From Rikenella microfusus (GTDB lineage Bacteria > Bacteroidota > Bacteroidia > Bacteroidales > VadinHA17): a stretch of 64,000 bases of DNA. The notes below the pieces were generated by a model, which saw nothing but the letters and a program-made list of their open reading frames with translations, did no database searches and had not been told where the DNA came from. Of this stretch, positions 44,439 through 54,597 are shown piece after piece. Position numbers and translations under genes: made by a program. The DNA is taken from contig DZBJ01000013.1 in NCBI GenBank assembly GCA_022736275.1, positions 220 to 64,219 of the forward strand, in the 5' to 3' direction. How positions within the stretch are numbered: the stretch's first letter is position 1; every line of letters begins with the position of its first letter.

Positions 44439-46020
44439 CAGAGCTTACCTCCCGCTGATAATTGGATTTTCAGTTGCCCTGGGCATCCTTATAGGTTTTT
44501 ACATGCCTCATCCGCAGAGCGGACTCTACACCAACTTCCCCCCTTCAAATGACAAGTTGAGCCGCGTGCTCGACATAATTGAATCTGATTATGTCGATAC
44601 CGTCAACCGCAATTCACTGATAGAGGAAGCCATACCTGTGATGCTTCGCAAGCTCGATCCTCATTCCGTATATATTCCGGCCACTGACCTGGCCAGGGCT
44701 AATGAACCGCTGCAGGGCAACTTTGACGGAATAGGAGTATCATTCAATATGCTTACCGATACCGTTCTTATAATCAGCGCCATCCCCGGAGGACCATCAG
44801 AGAAGGCCGGGATCATCGCGGGAGACAAGATCATCTTTGTCAACGACTCCCTCATTGCCGGAAAGAGTATACCAGACGAGGATGTCGTCAAAATGCTCAA
44901 GGGTCCGCGCGGCACCAAAGTTGATCTCAAGATTGAACGCAAGGGAACGGATACATTGCTTCCTTTCACTATCGTGCGGGATAAGATACCAATTTACAGC
45001 GTTGACGTCTCATACATGATGTCTGATGAGGTTGGTTACATCAAAATATCCAACTTCGCCCTTACCACCCACGATGAGTTCATCCAGGGTCTTCGTGAGC
45101 TGAAGGACCAGGGTATGAAGAAACTGATCCTCGATCTCAGGGGCAACTCCGGAGGAGTGATGGATGCCGCCACAATGATAGCCGATGAGTTTCTCCCTGA
45201 CGGTAAACTGATAGTCTTCACCATGGGCAAATCAACCCCGAGACAGGATGTGAAAGCTACCTCCCGCGGCGATTTTGAAAAGGGTGAGCTGGTTGTGCTG
45301 ATTGATGAGTGGAGCGCTTCCGCCAGCGAGATTCTCGCCGGCGCCGTACAGGATAATGACCGCGGAACAATTATCGGCCGCCGTTCGTTCGGCAAGGGCC
45401 TGGTGCAGGAACCGGTGGTGTTCCGTGACGGATCCGGTATGCGACTCACCGTTGCAAGATACTATACCCCCACAGGCAGGTCAATTCAGAAACCTTATGA
45501 CGAGGGAGTGGACAAATATTACGAGGATCTGGGCAACAGGCTCATGCACGGCGAGTTCGAAGAGGCTGATTCCATTCAGATGGATGACTCCCTCAGGTTT
45601 ACAACTCCCGGAGGAAAAACCGTTTACGGAGGAGGAGGCATAATGCCTGATATCTTCATCCCCATGGATACAACGGGAATTTCGGATTATTTCATGGCCA
45701 TAAGAAACACAGGGCTGCTTTACCGGTATGCCATGAAGTTCACGGAAGACAACCGGGAGACACTGAAAAAATACAAGGACCTTCCCTCTCTTGAGAAATG
45801 GCTTTCAGGCCAGGATCTGATCTCAAAGTTCGTCAGGTTTGCCGAACAGAACGGCATTCCGGCAAACCGCCGGCAGCTTGAAGTTTCTGAAGAGATCATA
45901 CATGTTCAGCTGAAGTCGTACATTGCCCGGAACATGCTTGACAATAAAGGTTTCTATCCCATATGGCAGGCGATTGACAGGACCCTTCTTGATGCCCTCA
46001 GCTATATAGAGAACATCTGA
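44428..46020 (+). CDS. S41 family C-terminal processing peptidase
   Basis: N-terminal TM helix, PDZ segment (GGPSEKAGIIAGDKII) and catalytic GNSGG...SASASEILAGA motifs. The ATG at 44428 overlaps the upstream stop by 11 nt. Confidence 0.88.
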   Translation: MKYNRAYLPLIIGFSVALGILIGFYMPHPQSGLYTNFPPSNDKLSRVLDIIESDYVDTVNRNSLIEEAIPVMLRKLDPHSVYIPATDLARANEPLQGNFDGIGVSFNMLTDTVLIISAIPGGPSEKAGIIAGDKIIFVNDSLIAGKSIPDEDVVKMLKGPRGTKVDLKIERKGTDTLLPFTIVRDKIPIYSVDVSYMMSDEVGYIKISNFALTTHDEFIQGLRELKDQGMKKLILDLRGNSGGVMDAATMIADEFLPDGKLIVFTMGKSTPRQDVKATSRGDFEKGELVVLIDEWSASASEILAGAVQDNDRGTIIGRRSFGKGLVQEPVVFRDGSGMRLTVARYYTPTGRSIQKPYDEGVDKYYEDLGNRLMHGEFEEADSIQMDDSLRFTTPGGKTVYGGGGIMPDIFIPMDTTGISDYFMAIRNTGLLYRYAMKFTEDNRETLKKYKDLPSLEKWLSGQDLISKFVRFAEQNGIPANRRQLEVSEEIIHVQLKSYIARNMLDNKGFYPIWQAIDRTLLDALSYIENI

Positions 46021-46027
46021 CCATCCG

Positions 46028-46822
46028 TCAGAGGTCAAGTTTACCTGCAAAGCCGGTGATCAGCTCTGCTGACCTCTCCGTCTCCTCAATGAATCCCAGG
46101 TGTCCCGAATGCTCGAGGACAACAACCTCTGTAATCCCCGGAAGCCTGGTATCACGGATTGCCCTGTCAGGGCTGAAATAAAGATCCTCCCTGCCAAGTA
46201 TCCAGAGTAGCGGCACCCTTCCACTTTCAACAATTATCTGTCGTGAAGGCCGTGCTATCATACCGTTCAGCAGAGCTATTATCCCTTCTCCGGTATTACG
46301 CGATGCAATCTCCTTTGCCCTCTTTAGCTCTTCAGGCATGGTTTTCAGGTTTCTCTCCGCGAACATCATGCTGACATTGCCTGGATACATGATGTTTTTT
46401 CTTCCCGCCCTGACAACGGCAATCTCCCGGTTCCTCCTTGCCACAGCCTCAGGAGTGTCAGCATGGGGGTGGGAATGAAAAAGCACATATCCGGCCAGCC
46501 TCTCTGGCCAGAGCTCGGCAAAGGCAAGGGCAACATACCCTCCCAGCGAGTGGCCAATCATTACAACCCGGCTTTCGCCGGCATCCGACAAAACCCTGTT
46601 GACAGCCCCGGCCAGAAATTCCATCGTATGAGTATCTCCTCTCACACCTGACCCACCGTGACCGGGCAGGTCAATGGTAATAACCCTGAATTCGTGCTTT
46701 AAAATTTTTTCAAGCGGCCTCCATACCTCCCCTGTCTCAAGGTAACCATGCAGCAGCACAACAGGTTTGCCCCTTCCGGTAACCTGGTATGAAACCTTTA
46801 TTTCCTCATATTTAACATACAT
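46028..46822 (-). CDS. Alpha/beta hydrolase
   Basis: VVLLHGY...GHSLGG nucleophile elbow. 264 aa. Confidence 0.85.
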   Translation of the reverse strand: MYVKYEEIKVSYQVTGRGKPVVLLHGYLETGEVWRPLEKILKHEFRVITIDLPGHGGSGVRGDTHTMEFLAGAVNRVLSDAGESRVVMIGHSLGGYVALAFAELWPERLAGYVLFHSHPHADTPEAVARRNREIAVVRAGRKNIMYPGNVSMMFAERNLKTMPEELKRAKEIASRNTGEGIIALLNGMIARPSRQIIVESGRVPLLWILGREDLYFSPDRAIRDTRLPGITEVVVLEHSGHLGFIEETERSAELITGFAGKLDL

Positions 46823-46927
46823 GTTAATTGATTATTTGTTTAAGGATAAAAACTTTTTAAATTTACGAGGAAGAAAAGATTTTCCATAGATCTTGCAAGC
46901 AACCCTGAACTCAAAAGTACAACACCG

Positions 46928-47572
46928 ATGAACAAAGTCCTTTTCTCAGCTGTCTCAAAGAAATTTGTGATGGCGTTGGCCGGTTTGTTCCTGCTCCTTT
47001 TTCTCCCTGTCCACCTGGGCATTAATCTCCTGCTGCTTAAAAGTGATCCGGAGCCCTTTAACAAAGCCGCCCACTTCATGGCAACCTTCCCGCTGGTAAA
47101 GGTGGTGGAGATACTCCTGATCCTTGTGATCCTGGTACACATTTCCTACGGGGTGACCTTACAGGTGCATAACTGGCTCTCAAGGCCGGTAGGATATTCT
47201 GTGAGGAACAAATCCAGAACCCTGGCCTTCTCAAAATTTATGATCTGGACAGGAGGGGCAGTGCTGATCTTTATCGTCATTCATTTCTTTAATTTTTACT
47301 TTATCAAGCTGGGGATTGTTGATGGTGATCCGGAGAATTTTTATTCGGTCGCACACCAGCTTTTTGCCATCCCCGGTTATGTTATCCTATATTGGGTTTG
47401 CTTCCTGCTGCTGGGGTTTCATCTATACCATGCCCTGCAGTCAGCCTTCCAGACTCTCGGCTTCGCCAATACGTTCTGGACCCCTGTCATCAAGGCCATT
47501 GCACTTATTTATGCAGTAGTGCTGCCAATAGGATTTGCTATTATCCCGTTTGTCATCTGGCAGTTCAAATAA
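46928..47572 (+). CDS. sdhC: Succinate dehydrogenase/fumarate reductase cytochrome b subunit (b558 type)
   Basis: 214 aa, 5 TM helices with conserved His. Immediately precedes the flavoprotein and Fe-S subunits. Confidence 0.88.
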   Translation: MNKVLFSAVSKKFVMALAGLFLLLFLPVHLGINLLLLKSDPEPFNKAAHFMATFPLVKVVEILLILVILVHISYGVTLQVHNWLSRPVGYSVRNKSRTLAFSKFMIWTGGAVLIFIVIHFFNFYFIKLGIVDGDPENFYSVAHQLFAIPGYVILYWVCFLLLGFHLYHALQSAFQTLGFANTFWTPVIKAIALIYAVVLPIGFAIIPFVIWQFK

Positions 47573-47591
47573 CCTGAAGAAACAAGACAAC

Positions 47592-49508
47592 ATGATAACT
47601 CTTAACTCGAAGATTCCTGGCGGCCCCCTTGAAGAAAAGTGGACCAGGTACAAAGCCAATGCAAAACTGGTCAGTCCGGCCAACAAGAAGAAGCTTGATA
47701 TCATTGTGGTAGGGACAGGCATCTCCGGCGCTCCTGCCGCCTCTGCTCTTGGTGAGCTGGGATACAATGTCAAGGTGTTCTGTTACCAGGACACACCACG
47801 CAGGGCACACTCAGTGGCAGCCCAGGGTGGCATCAATGCCGCCAAGAACTACAAAAATGACGGAGACAGTGTATATCACCTCTTTTATGATATTATTAAA
47901 GGTGGTGATTTCAGGGCACGTGAAGGTAATGTCTATCGTATTGCTGAAGTAAGCAACCAGGTCATTGACCATTTCACCGCCATAGGGGTGCCTTTTGCCA
48001 GGGAATACGGGGGAACGCTTACAACGCGATCATTCGGTGGCGTTCAGGTCTCCCGTACCTTCTATTCAAGAGGTCAGACCGGGCAACAGGTTTTACTGGG
48101 AGCATACTCATCACTGACCAGGCAGATTAAAGAAGGAACGGTAACCATGTATCCGCGGCGTGAAATGCTGGATCTTGTCGTTGTTGACGGTAAAGCAAGA
48201 GGTATTATAGTCAGGAACCTGCTTACCGGAGAGATTGAAAGGCATTCGGCCCACGCCGTCGTGCTTGCCACCGGTGGGTACGGTACCATTTACTACCTCT
48301 CCACCCTGGCAGTCAACTCAAATGCTTCTGCTGCCTGGAAGGCCTATAAGAGAGGCGCAGCATTTGCCAACCCGAGCTTCGTCCAGATACACCCTTCCAG
48401 CGTACCTCAGATGAACGAATTCCAGAGTAAGCTGACACTCATGTCCGAGTCACTGCGTAACGACGGCAGGGTCTGGGTACCGAAAACAAAGGGAGACAAA
48501 AGACCCGCCAATGAGATACCCGATGAAGAACGTGACTACTACCTTGAACGCAGGTATCCTGCATTTGGTAACCTGGTGCCACGCGACGTCGCTTCAAGGG
48601 CTGCCAAGGAGCGATGTGATGCCGGATATGGCGTAGGGCCGACAGGGCTGGCAGTCAATCTCGATTTCCGTGATGCCATTAATAAGCAGGGGAAGAAGGC
48701 AATAGAGGACAAGTATGGCAACCTCTTCGAGATGTACAAAGATATTACCGGCATCGATTCTTATGTTGAACCGATGCGTATATATCCTGCCGGCCATTAT
48801 ACAATGGGAGGACTCTGGGTCGATTACGAGCTTATGACAACTATTCCCGGCTTGTTTGCCGTTGGCGAATCGAATTTCTCAGATCATGGCGCCAACCGTC
48901 TGGGGGCAAGCTCTCTCATGCAGGGATCAGGAGACGGTTACTTCATCCTGCCCTATACAATCAGCAACTACCTGGCACCCGAGATAAAAACACCCAGGAT
49001 AAAGACAGATATCCCGGAATTCCGGGAAGCAGAAGAGAAAGCGATTGAACGTATTAAGAAACTTCTTGCTATAAAAGGAAAAACAACCGCTACCGATTTT
49101 CACAAGAAGCTGGGCAAGATAATGTGGGATCATTGCGGGATGACCCGCAATGAGGCAGGACTGACTGAAGCCATAAGCATGATCAGGGGACTGAGGGATG
49201 AGTTCTGGAAGGACCTCATTGTACCGGGCCGCGCTGATGAACTGAACCAGGAGCTGGAGAAAGCCGGCAGAGTAGCCGATTTCCTGGAGCTTGGGGAGCT
49301 GATGATCATTGATGCCCTGAACAGGAGAGAGTCATGCGGCGCTCACTTCAGGGAGGAGAGCCAGACAGCAGATCATGAGGCTTTGAGAAATGATGATGAA
49401 TTTGCTTATGTGGCCGCATGGGAATACAATAATGATCAACCCCCCATCTTACATAAGGAAGAATTGAAATTCGAGTTCGTGGAACTCAAACAGAGAAGTT
49501 ACAAGTAA
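47592..49508 (+). CDS. sdhA: Succinate dehydrogenase/fumarate reductase flavoprotein subunit
   Basis: [15 protein letters not shown]...[13 protein letters not shown]...[10 protein letters not shown]. Start set at [11 protein letters not shown]; the ORF-track start at 47535 overlaps sdhC. Confidence 0.95.
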   Translation: MITLNSKIPGGPLEEKWTRYKANAKLVSPANKKKLDIIVVGTGISGAPAASALGELGYNVKVFCYQDTPRRAHSVAAQGGINAAKNYKNDGDSVYHLFYDIIKGGDFRAREGNVYRIAEVSNQVIDHFTAIGVPFAREYGGTLTTRSFGGVQVSRTFYSRGQTGQQVLLGAYSSLTRQIKEGTVTMYPRREMLDLVVVDGKARGIIVRNLLTGEIERHSAHAVVLATGGYGTIYYLSTLAVNSNASAAWKAYKRGAAFANPSFVQIHPSSVPQMNEFQSKLTLMSESLRNDGRVWVPKTKGDKRPANEIPDEERDYYLERRYPAFGNLVPRDVASRAAKERCDAGYGVGPTGLAVNLDFRDAINKQGKKAIEDKYGNLFEMYKDITGIDSYVEPMRIYPAGHYTMGGLWVDYELMTTIPGLFAVGESNFSDHGANRLGASSLMQGSGDGYFILPYTISNYLAPEIKTPRIKTDIPEFREAEEKAIERIKKLLAIKGKTTATDFHKKLGKIMWDHCGMTRNEAGLTEAISMIRGLRDEFWKDLIVPGRADELNQELEKAGRVADFLELGELMIIDALNRRESCGAHFREESQTADHEALRNDDEFAYVAAWEYNNDQPPILHKEELKFEFVELKQRSYK

Positions 49509-49526
49509 ATATTATCACGGAAAGAT

Positions 49527-50261
49527 ATGAAGCTTACACTTAAAATATGGAAACAGAAGAATGCGGGATCTAAAGGCCGGTTCGCGAAATATGACCTTGA
49601 CGGCGTAGCTGCGGAAATGTCTTTTATAGAAATGCTGACATACCTCAACCAGACACTTATTGAGAAGGGGGAAGAACCTGTCGCTTTTGAACATGATTGC
49701 CACGAAGGCATCTGCGGCAGTTGCGGCATGTACATTAACGGCTATCCTCACGGGCATATTAAGGGTATGACTACCTGTCTTCTATCCATGAGATATTTCA
49801 AGGACGGTGATACTATAGTGGTTGAGCCCTGGAGGGCAAAACCTTTCCCTGTAATCAAAGATCTGATCGTTGACCGCAGCGCTTTTGACAAAATACAGGC
49901 TGCCGGAGGTTTTATCACTGTAACGGCAGGCGCCGCGCCTGATGCCAATTCCATGCTTGTAAGCAAAAGAAACAGTGATCTTGCTTTTGACGCTTCAATA
50001 TGCATCGGTTGCGGTGCCTGCGTGGCAGCATGCAAGAACGCCTCAGCCATGCTGTTCGTCTCTGCCAAGGTCTCACAATATGCCCTCCTGCCCCAGGGAA
50101 GACCAGAGGCAAAAGAGAGGGCAAAGGCAATGATAGCCGAGATGGACCGCCAGGGATTTGGCAGCTGCTCAAACACCGGCGCATGCGAAGCACAGTGCCC
50201 CAAACAGATCAAGCTCTTTAACATAGCACGCCTGAACAGGGAATATTACAAGGCGTTTTGA
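49527..50261 (+). CDS. sdhB: Succinate dehydrogenase/fumarate reductase iron-sulfur subunit
   Basis: Cys clusters [21 protein letters not shown] and [12 protein letters not shown]. Confidence 0.95.
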   Translation: MKLTLKIWKQKNAGSKGRFAKYDLDGVAAEMSFIEMLTYLNQTLIEKGEEPVAFEHDCHEGICGSCGMYINGYPHGHIKGMTTCLLSMRYFKDGDTIVVEPWRAKPFPVIKDLIVDRSAFDKIQAAGGFITVTAGAAPDANSMLVSKRNSDLAFDASICIGCGACVAACKNASAMLFVSAKVSQYALLPQGRPEAKERAKAMIAEMDRQGFGSCSNTGACEAQCPKQIKLFNIARLNREYYKAF

Positions 50262-50266
50262 ACATG

Positions 50267-50296
50267 AAGCGGCGGCCGGAGGAAGGCTGCTGCTTT
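50267..50296. terminator. Hairpin between convergent sdhB and the aminopeptidase gene
   Basis: aagcggcggcc/ggctgctgctt 11-bp stem (two G-U pairs) with a 7-nt loop. The T-run is weak. Confidence 0.45.
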
Positions 50297-50323
50297 CATT
50301 AAGTATCGTTTGATGCCGTCAAT

Positions 50324-51730
50324 CTACCGGCAGGCCTCCTCTATCTCCTCCCCCGTCTTGGGCGCTGTCTTGCCAAGCATCCTCGATCCGCCGGCCGTGA
50401 TCAGCACATCGTCCTCGATCCTGATCCCTCCAAAACCGAGCCAGGGTTCCACCTTATCGTAATTGATGAACTCCGTAAATTTCTTCTCCCCTTTCCATTT
50501 GGCAAAGAGCTCAGGGATGAAATAGATGCCCGGTTCAACGGTAAAGACATGGCCCGGTTTGTAAGGAAGTGCAAACCGCAGTGACCTGAGCCCGAACTGG
50601 GTGCTGCGCTTGACTTCATCATTATAACCGACAAAGTTCTCTCCAAGGCTCTCCATGTCATGAACGTCAAGACCCATCATGTGACCCAGCCCGTGAGGCA
50701 TGAAAAGCGCATGGGCTCCGGCGGTGACAGCCACTGCCGGATCTCCCTTCATCAACCCCAGATCCTTAAGTCCCGAAGCGATTATTTCACAGGCGCCCAG
50801 ATGCAGGTCTCGGTTTGAAATGCCCGGACCGGCTTTCCTGATTGATTCAGTATTGGCTTTAAGCACAATCTCATAAATATCCCTTTGCTCCTGGCTGAAA
50901 CGGCCACCGACAGGAGTAGTCCTTGTAAGGTCAGCCGAATAATGCATGTTTGATTCGGCACCGCAGTCGGTGACCATCATCCTTCCCTCTTTCAGTATAT
51001 TGATATGCTTGTGATTGTGAAGGGTCTGCCCGTTAATGCTGAGTATCGTCGGAAATGACGGTCCGCTTCCCCTCGCCCATGCAATACCCTCAATAGTACC
51101 GAAAATCTCCTGCTCGCTCATTCCCGGCTTGCACATACGCATCGCAGTAGTCTGCATCTCACACGCTATGTGCACGGCTTTCTCTATCTCTGCAATCTCC
51201 ACATCCTCCTTTATCGATCTGAGAGACACCACCGCCCTTACCAGGCTCTCCGAGGCTTTTGTTCGCATCTGGCAGGGGTTCTCACGCAGCAGTGCACCCA
51301 GATTCATCTTGGCCTCAGCCCTGTATGGCGGTAGGAAATGAACGGGTCTTCCTCCGGAAACAGCCTGATTAATATAATCGTCCAGCTTCGGCAAAGGCAG
51401 ACTGTTCTCAACTCCCGCGCCCGCTGCCAGCTCCTTCAGAAGTGGCTGAGGCCCCATCCATACAATGTCATCAACATCGCAATCATTTCCGAAAATGCAA
51501 TCCTCACCGGAATTGAAGTCAATCATTCCGGCCAGACCGGGCAGATCAATCCCGAAAAAATAGAGAAAATCACTGTCCTGCCTCCAGTGATAGGTATTGT
51601 CCGGATAATTCATCGGTGATTCGACGTTCCCGATAAACAGGGCTATACCATTATTCATCAGAGACTTCAGCCTTTGGCGGCGCTTAATGTAAACTTCTTT
51701 TTCAAACATGTCAGGAAATTTTTGTATCAC
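50324..51730 (-). CDS. Aminopeptidase P family (M24B Xaa-Pro aminopeptidase)
   Basis: HGLGHMMGLDVHD...VFTVEPGIYF...GGIRIEDDVLIT metal-ligand motifs. Confidence 0.9.
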   Translation of the reverse strand: MIQKFPDMFEKEVYIKRRQRLKSLMNNGIALFIGNVESPMNYPDNTYHWRQDSDFLYFFGIDLPGLAGMIDFNSGEDCIFGNDCDVDDIVWMGPQPLLKELAAGAGVENSLPLPKLDDYINQAVSGGRPVHFLPPYRAEAKMNLGALLRENPCQMRTKASESLVRAVVSLRSIKEDVEIAEIEKAVHIACEMQTTAMRMCKPGMSEQEIFGTIEGIAWARGSGPSFPTILSINGQTLHNHKHINILKEGRMMVTDCGAESNMHYSADLTRTTPVGGRFSQEQRDIYEIVLKANTESIRKAGPGISNRDLHLGACEIIASGLKDLGLMKGDPAVAVTAGAHALFMPHGLGHMMGLDVHDMESLGENFVGYNDEVKRSTQFGLRSLRFALPYKPGHVFTVEPGIYFIPELFAKWKGEKKFTEFINYDKVEPWLGFGGIRIEDDVLITAGGSRMLGKTAPKTGEEIEEACR

Positions 51731-51857
51731 TACGCTAATGTAACAAGAGCCGTTGATATTTTTCAGGATATCAACAAATTTTAATTGCGAAGGGCATTGC
51801 TATATTTCAATAAGAGTGTATATTCGCATACGCCTTAATTCTTAATCTTACCTTTTC

Positions 51858-52598
51858 ATGCCCTATCGCCGCCTTCCAAACACAGATTCAGCCCGCCTGA
51901 GAGCCCTGAAGAGAGCCGTTGAAATAAGCAAGGACATTCCTCCGTTCAGGCTTGCTTTTTCAATGAAGACACTTGTTAAGATCCAGGCCTTTCTCCCCGT
52001 CTTTGAAAACACCGTCAGCCATCAGCGGCAAACCCTCGTCAACCAGTCGGAAAAGATCAAGGCAAACCAGGAGACCGCCCGCAAGGCAAGATTGTATTTA
52101 ACCCACTTTCTCAAGGTCATGAACATGGCCATAGCCAGGGGCGAGATACCCGCGGAAACAAGAACATACTACGGGATTGCATCGGATGATTCATCGGTGC
52201 CTTCACTCACGACCGAGAATGAATTGGTGGCATGGGGCAAGAGGATCATTGACGGCGAAGAGTACAGGATCAGGAAAGGAAGCTCTCCGGTCACCAACCC
52301 CTCAATAGCCGTTGTCAAGATACGGTATGAAAAGTTCCTGGAGACACGCAATCATTACAGGAACATCAACCGAAGGGCCTCCGAGTGCGTCAACAAGACC
52401 GCTGACATGCGCCGTGAGGCAGATGAACTGATTGCAGCACTCTGGAATGAGGTAGAAGCAAAATTTGCATCACTGCCCGAAGATGAGAAAAGGATCAGCG
52501 CCGAAAAGTATGGCCTGGTGTATGTTTTTCGCCGAAACGAGACCGTCAGGAAAGATCTTTCACCGACCCTTTTCGAGATGGATCACGACAATCAATAA
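51858..52598 (+). CDS. Hypothetical protein upstream of dusB
   Basis: 246-aa ORF with protein-like composition. No motif recognised. Confidence 0.55.
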   Translation: MPYRRLPNTDSARLRALKRAVEISKDIPPFRLAFSMKTLVKIQAFLPVFENTVSHQRQTLVNQSEKIKANQETARKARLYLTHFLKVMNMAIARGEIPAETRTYYGIASDDSSVPSLTTENELVAWGKRIIDGEEYRIRKGSSPVTNPSIAVVKIRYEKFLETRNHYRNINRRASECVNKTADMRREADELIAALWNEVEAKFASLPEDEKRISAEKYGLVYVFRRNETVRKDLSPTLFEMDHDNQ

Positions 52599-52605
52599 TC
52601 AGCCA

Positions 52606-53619
52606 TTGAAGCTCGGAAACACAATACTCAGGGAGCAGCCCCTCTTTCTTGCTCCCATGGAGGATATTACTGACCCCTCATTCAGATACATCTGCAAGAT
52701 GTTCGGGGCAGATTTCATGTATACCGAGTTTATCTCCTCTGACGGACTGATAAGAGACGGAAAGAGCAGCCTGAAGAAGCTTGATTTGTTTGATTACGAG
52801 CGTCCGATAGGAATACAGCTTTACGGTCATATCATTGATTCGATGGTTGATGCCGCTCTCAGGGCCGAGGAGGCCCGGCCTGACCTGATAGATATCAACT
52901 TCGGCTGTCCCGTCCGTAAAATCGCTGCCCGCGGTGCCGGTGCCGGAATGCTCCGCGATATTCCCCTGATGATCGAAATGACATCGGCAATTGTCAGGGC
53001 TGTCAAAATACCGGTTACCGTAAAGACCAGGCTGGGATGGGATGACGACAGCAAAATAATTGTTGACGTTGCCGAAAGGCTTCAGGATACCGGAATTCAG
53101 GGCCTTACAATTCACGGACGAACCAGGGCGCAGATGTACCGCGGTGAAGCCGACTGGACACTCATAGGCGAGGTGAAAAGCAACCCACGCATGCGGATAC
53201 CGATCATTGGCAACGGCGACATCAACGGGCCGGAGAAGGCGAAACTGATGTTTGAAAAATACGGGGTTGACGGCATAATGATCGGCAGGGCTACCTTCGG
53301 AAGACCATGGATATTCAGGGAAATAAGGCACTACCTTGATACCGGTGAACTTCTACGCGAACCATCCGTTGACGAGAAGGCAGACCTTGCTCTCCTTCAC
53401 CTTGACAAATCTCTGGAACACAAGGAGGGAAAATCCTCAATTCTTGAAATGCGGCGACATTTTTCAAATTACTTCAAGGGACTGCCTGGCTTCAGGGAGA
53501 CAAGGCTGAAACTCCTCACCTCTCTTGATGTGGATGAAATCAGGACCATCCTGGGTGATATAAGGGAAAAATGGGGAAGTTGCAGAAGCAGTGACCTAAC
53601 CGGCATCTACGGCATCTGA
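52606..53619 (+). CDS. dusB: tRNA dihydrouridine synthase B (probable TTG start)
   Basis: A TTG at 52606 gives (M)KLGNTILREQPLFLAPMEDITDPSFR, the canonical Dus N-terminus. There is no in-frame ATG between the upstream stop (52598) and the conserved core. INFGCP...HGRT motifs are present. Confidence 0.85.
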   Translation: MKLGNTILREQPLFLAPMEDITDPSFRYICKMFGADFMYTEFISSDGLIRDGKSSLKKLDLFDYERPIGIQLYGHIIDSMVDAALRAEEARPDLIDINFGCPVRKIAARGAGAGMLRDIPLMIEMTSAIVRAVKIPVTVKTRLGWDDDSKIIVDVAERLQDTGIQGLTIHGRTRAQMYRGEADWTLIGEVKSNPRMRIPIIGNGDINGPEKAKLMFEKYGVDGIMIGRATFGRPWIFREIRHYLDTGELLREPSVDEKADLALLHLDKSLEHKEGKSSILEMRRHFSNYFKGLPGFRETRLKLLTSLDVDEIRTILGDIREKWGSCRSSDLTGIYGI

Positions 53620-54585
53620 CACGGTTATCCCTGCATACAGTTTCCGGATATCCTTCCACCGGTATACAACAGCAATAATAGCTACAAACACAACCGACAT
53701 TATCACAAGCCCTGCGAACTCTTTCCAGGGGTGAATCTCCATCTGCTCATACATCGCCTGTGTCTGCAATGCGGAATCCTTATGTGTCAGGAACACGGAC
53801 AGGAAGGCATTGTTGGCCACATGGGCGCCTATGGCAATTTCTATCCCGTCATCAAGCATGGTGAGAACCGCAAACACCAGGCCGAAGAAGACATACTGCG
53901 GTATCATCGTGATAAATCCGTATTCCTGCACCTCGGGGTTAAGTGAATGCATCAGCCCGAACAGCAACGGAGTTACAACTATCGGCACCCACCGGTTTCG
54001 CGCCAGCACTGCAAAACCCTGCATCAGGTAACCCCTGAAGAGAATCTCCTCAAAAGCTGCCTGGAATGGAATCAGGAGCACTGCCAGTGCAGCCAGTATC
54101 AGTAAGGTGCATGAAGTGTTGTTAAGTGTGAAATTCCCGGGGTCACTCCTGACCGAGAATAATAACCAGATAGCTGATATGGCAACCCAGACAAGTGCGG
54201 AGAACATCATTCTTCCCCAGCGCACCTTTCTTCCCCCGTTTATAACACTTCCAAAACTGCGGTTGTGCAGAGGCTTTACAATCCACACCATCGTAAAAAA
54301 AGCCAGGATAAAGGGAAACAGCATAAGGGCCAGCCCTACGTTGGGATCTATTCCCATCAGTTCAAAATCAGGCATCCCTCCCTTTTGAGGCAGGGCTGAC
54401 CCGTCAAGTGTGTGACTGACCAACACAATACCGAGTGGGATAGCCCCGATGATATTTGATACAAGAAATGGTGCAACACCTCCGATGAAATAACGCCAGA
54501 ATGCGTTCCTTCCGCTGAAGGGGGCTGTCAGGAACGGACTTTCGCCGCCGGCTGACCGGGCATCCGTGAGTGCACTGTTTTCCAT
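53596..54585 (-). CDS. CPBP family intramembrane glutamic endopeptidase (CAAX protease-like)
   Basis: EEILFRGYL, FGLMHSLN and GAHVANN motifs. Multi-TM. The 3' end overlaps the dusB 3' end by 24 nt (convergent). Confidence 0.85.
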   Translation of the reverse strand: MENSALTDARSAGGESPFLTAPFSGRNAFWRYFIGGVAPFLVSNIIGAIPLGIVLVSHTLDGSALPQKGGMPDFELMGIDPNVGLALMLFPFILAFFTMVWIVKPLHNRSFGSVINGGRKVRWGRMMFSALVWVAISAIWLLFSVRSDPGNFTLNNTSCTLLILAALAVLLIPFQAAFEEILFRGYLMQGFAVLARNRWVPIVVTPLLFGLMHSLNPEVQEYGFITMIPQYVFFGLVFAVLTMLDDGIEIAIGAHVANNAFLSVFLTHKDSALQTQAMYEQMEIHPWKEFAGLVIMSVVFVAIIAVVYRWKDIRKLYAGITVSDAVDAG

Positions 54586-54597
54586 AATGAATGATAT

